Below, one piece after another: positions 1-10,555 of a stretch of 64,000 bases of DNA; position 1 is the first letter of the stretch, and each line of letters opens with the position of its first letter. Source of the DNA: an uncultured Porphyromonadaceae bacterium. Its GTDB lineage: Bacteria > Bacteroidota > Bacteroidia > Bacteroidales > Muribaculaceae. Where the stretch lies: NCBI GenBank assembly GCA_947177575.1, contig CAMWVA010000001.1, positions 3,672 through 67,671 of the forward strand, in the 5' to 3' direction. Both the position numbers and the translations under genes were made by a program. The notes beneath the pieces are model-generated. The model did no database searches and was not told the origin of the DNA. It saw only the letters and a list, made by a program, of their open reading frames with translations.

Positions 1-1
1 C

Positions 2-400
2 GAAATCGCAGCTATGAGTCAGGTAGATGTACGTGTTATGATACCGGAACGCAGCGATTCCTACATGCTTCAGTTAGCTTCCTATTCTTACGTCACACAA
101 TGTCTCCGCGCAGGCATAAAAGTCTACTTCTACGAACCCGGTATGCTACATGCCAAAGTAATAGTCATTGATGACGACCTTGTAACAGCAGGCTCAACCA
201 ACTTCGACTTCCGGAGCCTCGAAAACAACTTTGAATGTAACCTCGTAGTCTACGACCCGGCCTTCAACGCACGTATGCGAGACATCTTCTTCACCGACCT
301 CCGCCACTGCCGTAAAATCACCCTCACCGAATGGCATCGCCGTCCCCGCCTGCAACGCGCTCTCGAATCCCTCGTCCGTCTACTCGCCCCTATCCTCTGA
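2..400 (+). CDS. cls: Cardiolipin synthase, C-terminal part (5' end outside window)
   Basis: PLD HKD motif HAKVIVIDD followed by GSTNFDFRS..NFE; frame is open to the window edge. Confidence 0.9.
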   Translation, partial: EIAAMSQVDVRVMIPERSDSYMLQLASYSYVTQCLRAGIKVYFYEPGMLHAKVIVIDDDLVTAGSTNFDFRSLENNFECNLVVYDPAFNARMRDIFFTDLRHCRKITLTEWHRRPRLQRALESLVRLLAPIL

Positions 401-469
401 CTTTACATTATAAAATTCTGTATCTACGAATAATCAATTTTGATACACCTCTTTTCTTAATTAATGGAA

Positions 470-508
470 AAAATAAACCGGCCCGCAGCACAGAGCTGTC
501 GGGCCGGT
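470..508 (-). terminator. Intrinsic terminator of the minus-strand T9SS genes
   Basis: Stem ACCGGCCCG-CAGC...GCTG-T-CGGGCCGGT (477-508) followed on the minus strand by TTATTTTTT. Confidence 0.7.
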
Positions 509-552
509 CTTCGTTAAAGGTGGGAGTCTGTCACAGACTTCCGTGAATCGAT

Positions 553-3500
553 TTATTTGAGGTGAAGTTTGTACTGACGGTTGCCTGTCTTGGTATTAAC
601 GCTGATAACGTAAACGCCGCTTTCGAGAGCTGACAGGTCGTAGGAAGCTTCCTTAACATTGCTCTTCAGAGTCAGACCGTCTACAGTATAGATAGAAACT
701 GACTCGTAGTCACCGTTAACTTTCAGAGTTCTACCCTTAAGATCGATGCTTGTGAGGTTGTTGTTGATATTGCCAACATTTACAACACCGCCTTCAGCTA
801 CCACAACTTCGATAACAGACATGGGTGAATAGCCTGAAGTGTAGTGTGTACGAACACCAACGGTATGTGTACCAACCGAAAGTCCGCTAAACTGATACTC
901 GGTAGCGCTTGTATCCGCTACTTTGTTATCGTCGAGGTAAACCTCGTACAGAGAGTCAAGACACGGTTTTCTTCTCGGAGCACCGTAGTAGCCCTGCTCA
1001 AATTCAGAAGGCAGACCTATACGCAGGTTGTCGAGCATAAGAATCGAGCACTGGTTCGAGATACAGTGTATAGTCACATACTTAGCTGACTTAGGAACAT
1101 CGTAAGAGAACTCAGACCAGTAAGAGTTACCTATAATCTTGTTATCATCAAGCCAGATGAAATCTGACGGTTCGCAGCCTGTCTCAGAATAACCCACCTG
1201 AATAACCTCGGGCATGGTGTAGATGAAGCACGATGCAAAGAAGTTGAACTTGAAATCTTCGTCAAAGTAGAGTTTCGGCGAGATAATCCAGTCATCATTA
1301 GCTGTACCGTATGAAGCAAAGTCAGCTAACATCTTCTGTCCCTGATAAGGATAGAGCCCCATCATCGTACAGTCAGGAGTAGTGTTATACGGATTGAATA
1401 CCATATAAGCCATAGGCTCGAACATATTAGGCCATTCGTAACCCATAAAGGCACCTGTCTCACCGCCGTCACCGTCGATGTACTGCCAGCCGATTTCTCC
1501 GGGTGAATTGATAGCGAAATCTTCGTGACTTTCAAAATCTTCACTGATAAGGTCGGGGAAGTTCCAGATTACCAGCGGGCTTGTACCATCTTCGCTCTCA
1601 TATACAGCTCTTACATTCTTAGGTGCGACACGGTCTTCGTTCATAGAGAATGAGAGTGTATAGAGATTGTCAGAAGTCATATCGAAAGTCTCTTCGATTG
1701 TATTGAAGCCATTCTTAGAGATTATCATTCTGTAAGAATTCTTCCAGATATTATCGATAGTGCACTTACCGTTCTCATCAAACATACCGAAGTAGCTGAA
1801 TATTCCGTCATTTGAGAACAGAGCCAATACAGCGCCTTCAGCTTCGTTGTCAGGAGTATCGGTCTTAACAGTAGCCTTCAGGACTGTTGTCATATTCTTA
1901 CCAATGCTGTCACATGTAGCTACAGGCGACATTTCATCGTTGGCATATACAGCTTTCACACCATATCTGTAGACACCCTGCGGGAGAGTGCTCCACTGCT
2001 CATCTTCATAACTGTTACCCTTGATACCGGAAGCTAATTCCTCCCATTCGGTAGCCTCAACGTCCGGATTATTCACACCACGGTAAACATTATATTTGAT
2101 TCTGTTTTCAACAGTCTTTCTAAGATTCTTCTCAGCACCCTGTACATAACCCTCGGGAGCGGTATAGAGTTCAGGCATAACAGCAGGAGCATCATAATGT
2201 GCGGCACGTTTAATCCAGCGGGCGTTGCGGCCGTTATCACCGTAAGGAGCTGCTATAGATCTGAAAGCGAAATTGCTATTGAAGTCTGTCTGGTCAAGAT
2301 AAGCCCAGTCGCCTGTTGTATAATCAGAAGTGAAGCAGTTAACATACTCTACGAAAGGCCAGCGGTCTTTATCACCTTCGCCGTCGATTGCAAGGCTGAC
2401 AAAGCCGTAATAGCTTATACCTACCATATAACCGTTAGGACAATCTATCGGAGTGGGGAAAGTGTACTCAGTCCATGCGTCATCTGTCATAGGCACGTAA
2501 GTGTTGCTATAAACAGGCTCACCGGTAGGATTACCTTCCTCATTAAGGTCAAATACATGTATCTGTACGCTATAATGCTGTGGAGTTTCAACATTAGACA
2601 TAACATAGAACGAAGCACCATAGAGCACTGAGGGAGTGCGGTTAACATGACCAAATACTGACAGATTCGTACCGGTGGCTATACCAAGAGAACGATTGAA
2701 CACACCGTCATCATAACGGCATTCCTTCGGATCGCCGAGCGGAGCCTGCCATGTCACAGAAGCACTTGTACCTGCATCTTCAACAGCGACTTTGTAAGGC
2801 GATTTCAGGTTATCCTGAAGAGTAATCTGACCGCAATCCACATCGTTAGTAATATCCATCACTGTGCTGTATGCAAGAAGATTATTCTTCTCAATCACCA
2901 GACTATAGCCTGTATGAGCATAAACCTCAGGTATGGTAAAGTTACCGGCGGCATCGGTGAGAGTCTCATAAGAATTGTAACCACCGAGAAGAACAGAAGC
3001 ACCTTCTACCGGTTCCCCTACAGCATCAATTACAGAACCAGAGACAACATACTGCGGCAGGGCCTGAAGCTCCATATCATATACAACTGTGGAAAGCTCG
3101 GTTACTTCCGCATTTGTTTCCGCCTCTTCATAACCTAAAGCCGAAACAAGCAGACGATGGCTGCCGGCAGGCAGATATGAAAGCATGTAGTGACCGTCAT
3201 TGTCGCTGGTTGTTGTGTAAAGGCCGTCTTCTGTCGAGATAATAGCATTAGCTACGGGAACACCCATGCAAGTCACCTTACCCTCAACATTACCGTCATG
3301 GTCTTCTTCAATTCTAATATTACCTAAAGTAAGACCGAACTGAGGTTCTACAGAACGGTGTACGAAACCGAAGTTATAGTTACCATCCTCTTTCACTACG
3401 GGAAGAGATGCTCTGAAAGTTCTGACAGCAGCACTTCTGAACTCATACTGAGTCACGCTATCCTGTGCGGCAGGAATGGCTTCAGGGCCAAAGCTAACAG

Positions 3501-5220
3501 CTATAATCTCAGTCACATTCTTGTTAGAAGGCAGTGCATCGAAAGTCACCTTATAGTGCTGACCGGCTTTCATAGCTATCTTGGGAGAGATGAAATAGTC
3601 ATGGGCCGGATAACCATACATATAGCTATAATCGGATTTCGCACCTGTAACAGGCCATGTAGAATAATACCATGTAGACTGGTCACCGTTACCGTCAATA
3701 GCTGACCAGAGACTAAACTCATCAGAAGTTTCAAATGCAAAAGTAGCCGGTATATTAACAGCAGGGCCACATACCACGCCCTCGGAGAATACATCAACAG
3801 ATTCTCCGCCGACATTCTTAGCCTTAACGTAGTAGGTATAACGTGCGAGATTTTCAATAGAGGTGTCAAGGAAACGATTCTCTTTGCAATCTGTAGCCAC
3901 AGTCACACCGTCAGATCTTGTAATCTCAAAGCACAGAGACTCAAGGTCAAGATAGGCATCAAATTTACCATGCTCAGGAGCTGTCCATTCAAGAAGAGCA
4001 TCCGGCCCTACAGCTGTGAGTGTAAGGTCAGTCACAGGCATAGGAATACCCTGGCCTACGAACATGGTCACAGACGAACGGTCACCCTGGCCGCCTTCGT
4101 TGAAAGGAACTACTTTGTAAGCATAGAGATCGCTTGAAGGCACACTACCGTCATGCCAGCTCATCTCTTCGCCGATAACAGGATTATCAAGAGTAGCTAC
4201 CAGTTCGTCATTACGATATACTTCTATTTTCTGAAGAGATTCAAGTGTGCCGCCTCGACCATACGTTTTTGTCGGGTTTGTCCAAGTCAGTGTAGCACCG
4301 AGAGCACCTTCGGCATCAGGAGTAACTGTTAGATCAGCTACCTTCGCAGGGGCACCGGCAGCAGCTACAGTAAAGGGAATATAGAAGTCTCCTAATAGTC
4401 GGTCATCACCGAAAATACCTACCTGAGTAGTAGTACCGTCATGAATATCTATCTTACGGACCTCTTTATAAAGATTTACCCAAGTATAGACATGCCAGTA
4501 AAGCTCATTGGTATCATTATCAAAAGCAAGGGAGGTGTCATACATTATAGCCTTCTCAGGATTGAAGTCGAGATCAGCTATAAGAGTACACTCACCGCTT
4601 ACCTTATTGATTTTATACAGACGGCCCCAGTAAGAAACACCATACATATCGCCGTCATAATTCATAGCAATAGCCTTCAGAGAATCGTCGGAATTATACT
4701 CCTCATTCTTTATCATTCCTGTAAAGGGCATGAGGTTACTTACCTCACCTGTCTCAAGGTCAACAGTGACGAGCTCACCGCCGCCCATCAGACCGCCAAG
4801 CGCATATACGGTCTTAGTCTGATAATCGTAAGTAGGCGAGCTGAAGCAAACACCATGCGGTGTACCACCGTAGCTCTTGACAAGAGATACGGATTCATCC
4901 TCTGTATCGTATGCATACAGAGCTATCGAATCGTAACCATAGACCTGTTGCAGATACTCGAACCAATAGAAGATACCATCTACCATCACACCGGCACCGA
5001 GAGAATTGCCGCTGGAAATCTCATGTATCATCTCGTAGGTCTCGGGAGCATCGAGGCTGTAGTTGACAATACCTGTAGTGGGATTCTGGTTATTTAATTG
5101 TCCCGTAAGGAGGGACCAAACCTGTTTGGAATCGTCCGGAGCCGCGAATGCCACAGTCGTAAGTCCTACGCACAAAGCACCCATAAGACCGGATTGAATC
5201 CGATGTCTTAATTTCATCAT
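553..5220 (-). CDS. Large multidomain T9SS-type surface protein (signal peptide, propeller-like N-terminus, FN3-like repeats, cleaved-adhesin-like domains, carboxypeptidase-regulatory-like domains, C-terminal sorting domain)
   Basis: 1555 aa; signal peptide ending AFA; LTWTNP/LEWTAP/VTWQAP FN3 motifs; W..IDGDG..DDWIISP adhesin motifs; GxVxxxGxPVxxA repeats; C-terminal LESGVYVISV...YKLHLK. Confidence 0.8.
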   Translation of the reverse strand: MMKLRHRIQSGLMGALCVGLTTVAFAAPDDSKQVWSLLTGQLNNQNPTTGIVNYSLDAPETYEMIHEISSGNSLGAGVMVDGIFYWFEYLQQVYGYDSIALYAYDTEDESVSLVKSYGGTPHGVCFSSPTYDYQTKTVYALGGLMGGGELVTVDLETGEVSNLMPFTGMIKNEEYNSDDSLKAIAMNYDGDMYGVSYWGRLYKINKVSGECTLIADLDFNPEKAIMYDTSLAFDNDTNELYWHVYTWVNLYKEVRKIDIHDGTTTQVGIFGDDRLLGDFYIPFTVAAAGAPAKVADLTVTPDAEGALGATLTWTNPTKTYGRGGTLESLQKIEVYRNDELVATLDNPVIGEEMSWHDGSVPSSDLYAYKVVPFNEGGQGDRSSVTMFVGQGIPMPVTDLTLTAVGPDALLEWTAPEHGKFDAYLDLESLCFEITRSDGVTVATDCKENRFLDTSIENLARYTYYVKAKNVGGESVDVFSEGVVCGPAVNIPATFAFETSDEFSLWSAIDGNGDQSTWYYSTWPVTGAKSDYSYMYGYPAHDYFISPKIAMKAGQHYKVTFDALPSNKNVTEIIAVSFGPEAIPAAQDSVTQYEFRSAAVRTFRASLPVVKEDGNYNFGFVHRSVEPQFGLTLGNIRIEEDHDGNVEGKVTCMGVPVANAIISTEDGLYTTTSDNDGHYMLSYLPAGSHRLLVSALGYEEAETNAEVTELSTVVYDMELQALPQYVVSGSVIDAVGEPVEGASVLLGGYNSYETLTDAAGNFTIPEVYAHTGYSLVIEKNNLLAYSTVMDITNDVDCGQITLQDNLKSPYKVAVEDAGTSASVTWQAPLGDPKECRYDDGVFNRSLGIATGTNLSVFGHVNRTPSVLYGASFYVMSNVETPQHYSVQIHVFDLNEEGNPTGEPVYSNTYVPMTDDAWTEYTFPTPIDCPNGYMVGISYYGFVSLAIDGEGDKDRWPFVEYVNCFTSDYTTGDWAYLDQTDFNSNFAFRSIAAPYGDNGRNARWIKRAAHYDAPAVMPELYTAPEGYVQGAEKNLRKTVENRIKYNVYRGVNNPDVEATEWEELASGIKGNSYEDEQWSTLPQGVYRYGVKAVYANDEMSPVATCDSIGKNMTTVLKATVKTDTPDNEAEGAVLALFSNDGIFSYFGMFDENGKCTIDNIWKNSYRMIISKNGFNTIEETFDMTSDNLYTLSFSMNEDRVAPKNVRAVYESEDGTSPLVIWNFPDLISEDFESHEDFAINSPGEIGWQYIDGDGGETGAFMGYEWPNMFEPMAYMVFNPYNTTPDCTMMGLYPYQGQKMLADFASYGTANDDWIISPKLYFDEDFKFNFFASCFIYTMPEVIQVGYSETGCEPSDFIWLDDNKIIGNSYWSEFSYDVPKSAKYVTIHCISNQCSILMLDNLRIGLPSEFEQGYYGAPRRKPCLDSLYEVYLDDNKVADTSATEYQFSGLSVGTHTVGVRTHYTSGYSPMSVIEVVVAEGGVVNVGNINNNLTSIDLKGRTLKVNGDYESVSIYTVDGLTLKSNVKEASYDLSALESGVYVISVNTKTGNRQYKLHLK

Positions 5221-5240
5221 AGAGGAAATGTTAGGTTATT

Positions 5241-7115
5241 TTATTTGATTATTTTTCTGATTATGCTGTTGCCGTTTTCAAGAAGCACTCTGACGATGAA
5301 TACACCGTTTGAAGCAGGAAGCTCAAACTGAGCAGACTCGCCGGAAACTTTCTGCGAAAGCACATTGCTACCGTTAGCTGTCATGACATCAAAACCGGCT
5401 ATACGCTCAGGAGAAAGAAGATTTATCACTGAACCATCTCGTCTGATTGTCAGACGGTCTGCATTGGTAAAGCTATCCACACTGTTCTCTTTGAAAGCAT
5501 CTTTCAAGGGAAGTAATTCGGCATTGATTATAGTACCGTTCTTACCGTTGATAAGAAGAACTGCCAGCTCAGTATTCTCATTATTCATGATATTGTCAGG
5601 AAGTTCGAATTCATATTCGTGTGTGACACCTACACCTTCCTTAACGGTAGAAGGAAGAGCACCCTCAATACCACCGAAATCGGGAGAGATGTAACGTGCC
5701 ACATCTTGATAATACATCTGGTCACCCACGACTACAGCAGGAAGTTCTTCGAAACCGCCCATTTCGCCCATTGCGTTGTCAGAATAGTAATTGTTCTGAG
5801 CCCATTCCATGCCCTGGCCGTGTACATCATTCTCGACAACGACGTAGGCCAGTCTGAAATCGACATCCTCAAAATCCTGTGCCGTATATAGCGTAGTGGT
5901 AGCTTTGAGTGTGTTTGTCTCGGAATCAACATCAGCCGACAGTGAAAGTCCTGTGAAATGGTCTTCCGAAGAAAGCAGTTTATAGTAGGCATATATGTTA
6001 GCCGGATCACCTGTGGTAGAGAGCGAACGGTTGACTGTGGCATGAGGATAACCGCTCATATTGAATTTGCTGAAAAGCCAGTCGGTATAATCCTTCATTT
6101 CCATAGGGTCAGGCCAGTTTACAGAACCTGCGTGGACTGCTATTCCAATGAAAGAATCGCCATAATACTCCTTCATTTCGCGCATAGAAACTATACCTCT
6201 GACACAATAGCCACACCATGTGCCTGTAACCTCCTCAGCAACAATTCTTCTCTGATAAGCTGATACTTTTCCGGAGACAGAAGCCACATCGCCGTCACAT
6301 TCCACCCAGATAGTATAGTCGAGAGTCTCATTTTTAGCAATTGCCTCTTCTGACTCTATACGGAATGAATTCTGAGCACCGACTTTCACACTCTTGCTAA
6401 GTTCTTCAGTATGGATTTCACCGTCACCGAATTGATATTTAAGAGTAAAGCCTTTGATATCCTTATCGGAGGTATTGAATACAGTACCGGAAACAGTTAT
6501 ATTACCCGGTTTATCCATAACTCTCGGAATGATGGATTCCACCTCAAGGCATGAAGGCACACCGACAAGAATGTTATCTATATAAAGAGTCGATTTATCT
6601 TCAGAATCATTTACAAAGGCTAAATAGACAGTCTTACCTTCATATTCATTTAAAGATACTTCATGTGAAGTCCATTCGGCTTTCTCACCCTTTGTTTTGA
6701 ACAACGGCTCAGTTGTATCGAACAACTCAGGGTCAGGACCGGCCTCCGAGATATATACAGAATATCCGTCTTTGTAATCCTTGTCTCCTGCTTTACCTGT
6801 CCAGCGTAATAAAGTTCCTGAAGAGGTAATCTTAATCGGAGGAGTCACCATCCAGTCGTTTGAACGCCCCGGTACTTTATACCATGAAGTACTGCAAGCA
6901 GAGGAATTGCCATCTTTATCCTGTGTGATAACCCAAGGGGTACCGATATCAAACCCGAGATTCTTCATATCTATTGACGGTTCGTTACCATCAACATCGA
7001 ATAAAGCTATACCCTCCGGAAACCCGTCGGAGAAATCACAATTGAAAAAAGTCTGCTGTGCGGAAGCTGCAAGACCTGTAGCCAGGCACGCAGTTAGGAG
7101 TAAGGTTAATCTCAT
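5241..7115 (-). CDS. Omp28-related protein with N-terminal cleaved-adhesin-like domain and T9SS-type C-terminus
   Basis: EEVTGTWCGYC thioredoxin-like Omp28 motif; NDWMVTP adhesin motif; signal peptide; GVFIVRV...RKIIK terminus. Confidence 0.8.
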   Translation of the reverse strand: MRLTLLLTACLATGLAASAQQTFFNCDFSDGFPEGIALFDVDGNEPSIDMKNLGFDIGTPWVITQDKDGNSSACSTSWYKVPGRSNDWMVTPPIKITSSGTLLRWTGKAGDKDYKDGYSVYISEAGPDPELFDTTEPLFKTKGEKAEWTSHEVSLNEYEGKTVYLAFVNDSEDKSTLYIDNILVGVPSCLEVESIIPRVMDKPGNITVSGTVFNTSDKDIKGFTLKYQFGDGEIHTEELSKSVKVGAQNSFRIESEEAIAKNETLDYTIWVECDGDVASVSGKVSAYQRRIVAEEVTGTWCGYCVRGIVSMREMKEYYGDSFIGIAVHAGSVNWPDPMEMKDYTDWLFSKFNMSGYPHATVNRSLSTTGDPANIYAYYKLLSSEDHFTGLSLSADVDSETNTLKATTTLYTAQDFEDVDFRLAYVVVENDVHGQGMEWAQNNYYSDNAMGEMGGFEELPAVVVGDQMYYQDVARYISPDFGGIEGALPSTVKEGVGVTHEYEFELPDNIMNNENTELAVLLINGKNGTIINAELLPLKDAFKENSVDSFTNADRLTIRRDGSVINLLSPERIAGFDVMTANGSNVLSQKVSGESAQFELPASNGVFIVRVLLENGNSIIRKIIK

Positions 7116-7430
7116 ATATTATGGTTTATAGGTTGTGATGTTTGCATCGCAAAGTAAATAAACAGGATTGACATTATGATTAAAAAAGTCTACGAAAATT
7201 CCTGCTGTTATTTTTTATCTATATGTTTTTAGCGGTATGTTATAGCAAAAAGTCTGTATTTTGCTCCAATCCCTATATCTGCTATTATTACGGAACGGAC
7301 CCTTATACTCTCCTGAATAGGTAAGTTAAGACAGAAAATATAACATAATTCCGCTCCGGCCACATAAAATATGCAACCGGTACGGATAGCTGAAATACGA
7401 AAAAATAATCAAATGGTATAACGGATAATA

Positions 7431-9236
7431 TCAGATTTTACGTATATAGTCATCAAGAGAATCTTCCTTTGACAGGTTCAGTTTACGACGTATTCTGTAT
7501 CGGTTAGTATTCACACTTGCCGGAGAGACCGAGAGCATCGAGGCAATATCTTTGGCTCTCATCCCTATCTTAATATAGGCACACAGGCGCAGGTCGTTTT
7601 CAGTAAGTTCATCCGAAGCTTTCTTAAGCTTAGTGAAGAAGTCAGGGTGTACCGAATCAAAATGTATCTTGAATCTTGACCATTCATCATCTCCTCTCAG
7701 ACTGTCGCTCACTAAAGAATTGACTTGATCGACAAACTCGTATGGGATTCTCCCCTCATCGGAATATTTTTTTGTGATGACACGAATCTGCTGTAGCACA
7801 TCATTTTTATTCGAAAGCAGCAATACGGAAGAGCTTATCTCACAGTCTTTCTGTTTTATATCACGTTCAAAATTCTCTAAATTCAGACGCTTTATAATCA
7901 TCTCTTGCTCAAGGTTGGTACGAAGCTCTCTGTTTTCCAACCGCCTCATCTTCATACGCTGGTAGAAATACAGAAATATAGCGCCCGCCAGAATTATAAC
8001 TGCAATAAGAACAAGGAGAATTATTATAAATCTATTATGAGCGTTCTTTGCCTCCTGCTCCATATTGGCTATGAGCTCCTTCTGACGCTGAATGGCTTCA
8101 CGGGCTTTCGCCTTGGGCACTTCCTGACCACGAAAAGTATTGACTTGCCGTTCGTAAGCTTTCAGATATTTCTTCAGATAGGTGAAAGCTTGCTGCCTGT
8201 TACCCTTGTTTTCATAAATCCGAGCCATGTATTTGTATATAGACGGCTCCCAGTATTCATTAGGATAATGAAGGGCTATTGTCTCTGTCTCCTCCAGAAG
8301 TGCAAGAGCTTTGTCATATTCTCCACGGGAGTACAAAACCTCAGCCTCCTGAATATTCAGGACGATTTTGAGCAGCAGATTATCCGGCACCATTTCAGCT
8401 CTCATATTTTCGCCTAAGCTGAGATAATACATTGCGGAGTCAGATTCATTCCGGATATTGTAGATTGTAGCTAATTGTTCATAAGCCTGAATAGTCATAC
8501 CGGGGTCATCGCTACCCTGCTCTATCGCTTCCTTGTACAGGTGTATTTTCTCACTTTCATCTTTTGCAAGAGTAGCTTTGAAGTAGGCTATTCGGTTATT
8601 AGGGTAGCCGTATGCACTGTAGTGACGCTCGGCGAGATTGATTTCCTCAAGAGCCTGGTCATAATCACCTATACTGGAATACATCAGTCCTAACAGCAGA
8701 CGGGCATTGCCGAGAAAATAATCATCTCCGTATTTTTCAAATATAGGTATAGCCTCCTGTAGCAGCTGATAGGTGTTGAAATAATTACCTATACGGTCAT
8801 GATTCCCGGCAAGCTGATATGACAGACAGGCATAATCATAATCGTAACTTTTAGGTATTCGGCCACGTGCCTTTTCAAGCAGAGCTATACAACTGTCAGG
8901 ATTGGCATTAAGTTGTGTGGAACGTATCTGCCACAACGTAGACCTTGCATCAAGCACGGGATTACCGGAACGCGAGGCTATATCTTTCATTTTCCCAATC
9001 CATCCGGCTACCTGTGTATCATTGGCCCGGTTGACTTCATTGGTTAGCACCAGACGTGCTATTGAATCAAACGTACTGTCTTCAATCCGGAAATGATATT
9101 CACTCTGAATAGCAGCATTACATATATGCACATAGATGATAGAAAACAAGGCAATTGCGATGTTTTTAAACCGGTGTCCGACACTACGTGGTATAACAGT
9201 CCGACATCGTTTCAAGATGTAAGTTAACCCTTCCAT
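7431..9236 (-). CDS. Membrane-anchored TPR-repeat / LuxR-type HTH transcriptional regulator
   Basis: Helical TPR-like region, transmembrane segment FIIILLVLIAVIILAGAIFLYFY, C-terminal LTENDLRLCAYIKIGMRAKDIASMLSVSPASVNTNRYRIRRKL; start codon uncertain. Confidence 0.8.
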   Translation of the reverse strand: MEGLTYILKRCRTVIPRSVGHRFKNIAIALFSIIYVHICNAAIQSEYHFRIEDSTFDSIARLVLTNEVNRANDTQVAGWIGKMKDIASRSGNPVLDARSTLWQIRSTQLNANPDSCIALLEKARGRIPKSYDYDYACLSYQLAGNHDRIGNYFNTYQLLQEAIPIFEKYGDDYFLGNARLLLGLMYSSIGDYDQALEEINLAERHYSAYGYPNNRIAYFKATLAKDESEKIHLYKEAIEQGSDDPGMTIQAYEQLATIYNIRNESDSAMYYLSLGENMRAEMVPDNLLLKIVLNIQEAEVLYSRGEYDKALALLEETETIALHYPNEYWEPSIYKYMARIYENKGNRQQAFTYLKKYLKAYERQVNTFRGQEVPKAKAREAIQRQKELIANMEQEAKNAHNRFIIILLVLIAVIILAGAIFLYFYQRMKMRRLENRELRTNLEQEMIIKRLNLENFERDIKQKDCEISSSVLLLSNKNDVLQQIRVITKKYSDEGRIPYEFVDQVNSLVSDSLRGDDEWSRFKIHFDSVHPDFFTKLKKASDELTENDLRLCAYIKIGMRAKDIASMLSVSPASVNTNRYRIRRKLNLSKEDSLDDYIRKI

Positions 9237-9262
9237 GCTTTCATGAGTTCTCTATCAGACTA

Positions 9263-9270
9263 CAAAGGTA
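9263..9270 (-). promoter_or_regulatory. Bacteroidetes -7 promoter element for the TPR-LuxR gene
   Basis: TACCTTTG on the minus strand (TAnnTTTG consensus). Confidence 0.5.
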
Positions 9271-9351
9271 GGCAAAATTTCAATACCACCGACATTCTGA
9301 TGTGTTGTTTTCAGAAAACATTAAATCTTGGCATACATATAGAATTTATAT

Positions 9352-9382
9352 TTTGCCGGTCGAAGATTTGTTGCTATATTTG
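9352..9382 (+). promoter_or_regulatory. Bacteroidetes sigma-A promoter of the thi operon
   Basis: TTTG at 9352-9355 and TATATTTG at 9375-9382, 19-nt spacing, directly before the riboswitch. Confidence 0.7.
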
Positions 9383-9393
9383 CCGCCGGAAAC

Positions 9394-9480
9394 CGACAGG
9401 GGTGCCTGTACCGTCATGGTGCTGTGCTGAGATTATACCCTTTGACCTGACGCAGATAATGCTGCCGTAGGGAGATTCCG
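9394..9480 (+). promoter_or_regulatory. TPP riboswitch
   Basis: GGGGTGC...GCTGAGATTATACCCT.TGACCTGA..CAGATAATGCTGCCGTAGGGA matches the THI-box consensus; lies upstream of thiamine genes. Confidence 0.95.
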
Positions 9481-9548
9481 GACCTCGCGTCGTTGTTTCC
9501 GGACATCTGTGCAGGTGTCTGATGATACAACCTTATAGACAACGACGC

Positions 9549-10370
9549 ATGACAACTCCTAACACTGACACATTCGATTATTACATTCCTGTGCTATGCG
9601 TGGCGGGCAGTGACCCGTCGGGCGGTGCCGGAATACAGGCGGATCTGAAGACCTGTGAGGCTTTCGGTTGCTACGGCATGGCCGTAGTGAGCGGTCTGAC
9701 GGCTCAGAGTCCGAGCCGCGTCACAGCCGTACGTTCCGTATCGGACTTTATGGCAGCGCAGTTAGAGACACTTCTTGATGAGATAAGACCTGCCGCTGTC
9801 AAGACAGGAATGTTGCCTGATGTACAGGCAGCTGAAGCAATAGTTACAGCCATACAGCGATATAATCTTAATAACGTGACAGTAGACCCGGTGATGATCG
9901 CTACTTCCGGTCATGCCCTCGCTGAAGCTAAATATATTGATGCTCTGACTACTCTGCTTCTGCCTCATACAACAATAGTGACACCTAATATACCTGAAGC
10001 CGAACTATTAGCATCTATCCGTATCAGCAATCTCAACGATTGCCGCCGCGCCGCTGTCCGTATAGCAACGCAATACGGCAGTCGGTCGGTATTAGTAAAA
10101 GGAGGTCATTCAGAAGACAACATAGTCACAGACATCCTTTATCTAACCGATACAGACACTTTTCACACATTTGAAGCACCACGTATCACCACACCCAATA
10201 CTCATGGCACAGGATGCAGACTCTCCACAGCGATAGCCTGCGGATTAGGGTGCGGCCTTTCGATAACTGAGGCTGTCGCCCATGCTAAGAGCTGGCTTAC
10301 AGCGGAATTGCGCTATCATTCCCGTTACCGATTTCCATCATCTTCACATAATACTCATCTATGGATATAA
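9549..10370 (+). CDS. thiD: Hydroxymethylpyrimidine/phosphomethylpyrimidine kinase
   Basis: AGSDPSGGAGIQADLKT, DPVM, TPNIPEA and NTHGTGC motifs; alternative start at 9522. Confidence 0.92.
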   Translation: MTTPNTDTFDYYIPVLCVAGSDPSGGAGIQADLKTCEAFGCYGMAVVSGLTAQSPSRVTAVRSVSDFMAAQLETLLDEIRPAAVKTGMLPDVQAAEAIVTAIQRYNLNNVTVDPVMIATSGHALAEAKYIDALTTLLLPHTTIVTPNIPEAELLASIRISNLNDCRRAAVRIATQYGSRSVLVKGGHSEDNIVTDILYLTDTDTFHTFEAPRITTPNTHGTGCRLSTAIACGLGCGLSITEAVAHAKSWLTAELRYHSRYRFPSSSHNTHLWI

Positions 10371-10555
10371 CTCTCAACAGTCAGCCGCTATCTGTGGCTG
10401 AAGCATCAACTGTAGCCTCACTGCTTGATGACCATAATACACAAGGTACAGCTATAGCTGTCAACGGTTGCTTAGTACGACGTAACGAATGGGAGTCAAC
10501 TCTTCTGCAGCAAGGAGACCAAGTGATAATAATCACAGCCGCTTATGGCGGATAA
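10361..10555 (+). CDS. thiS: Sulfur carrier protein ThiS
   Basis: 64 aa ubiquitin-like protein with AIAVNG and C-terminal GG. Confidence 0.92.
   Translation: MDITLNSQPLSVAEASTVASLLDDHNTQGTAIAVNGCLVRRNEWESTLLQQGDQVIIITAAYGG

Noticed and set aside
7180-7260. AAAAAGTCT occurring twice upstream of the Omp28-like gene as a LuxR operator
   Set aside because: Short AT-rich match in an AT-rich spacer; could easily be chance
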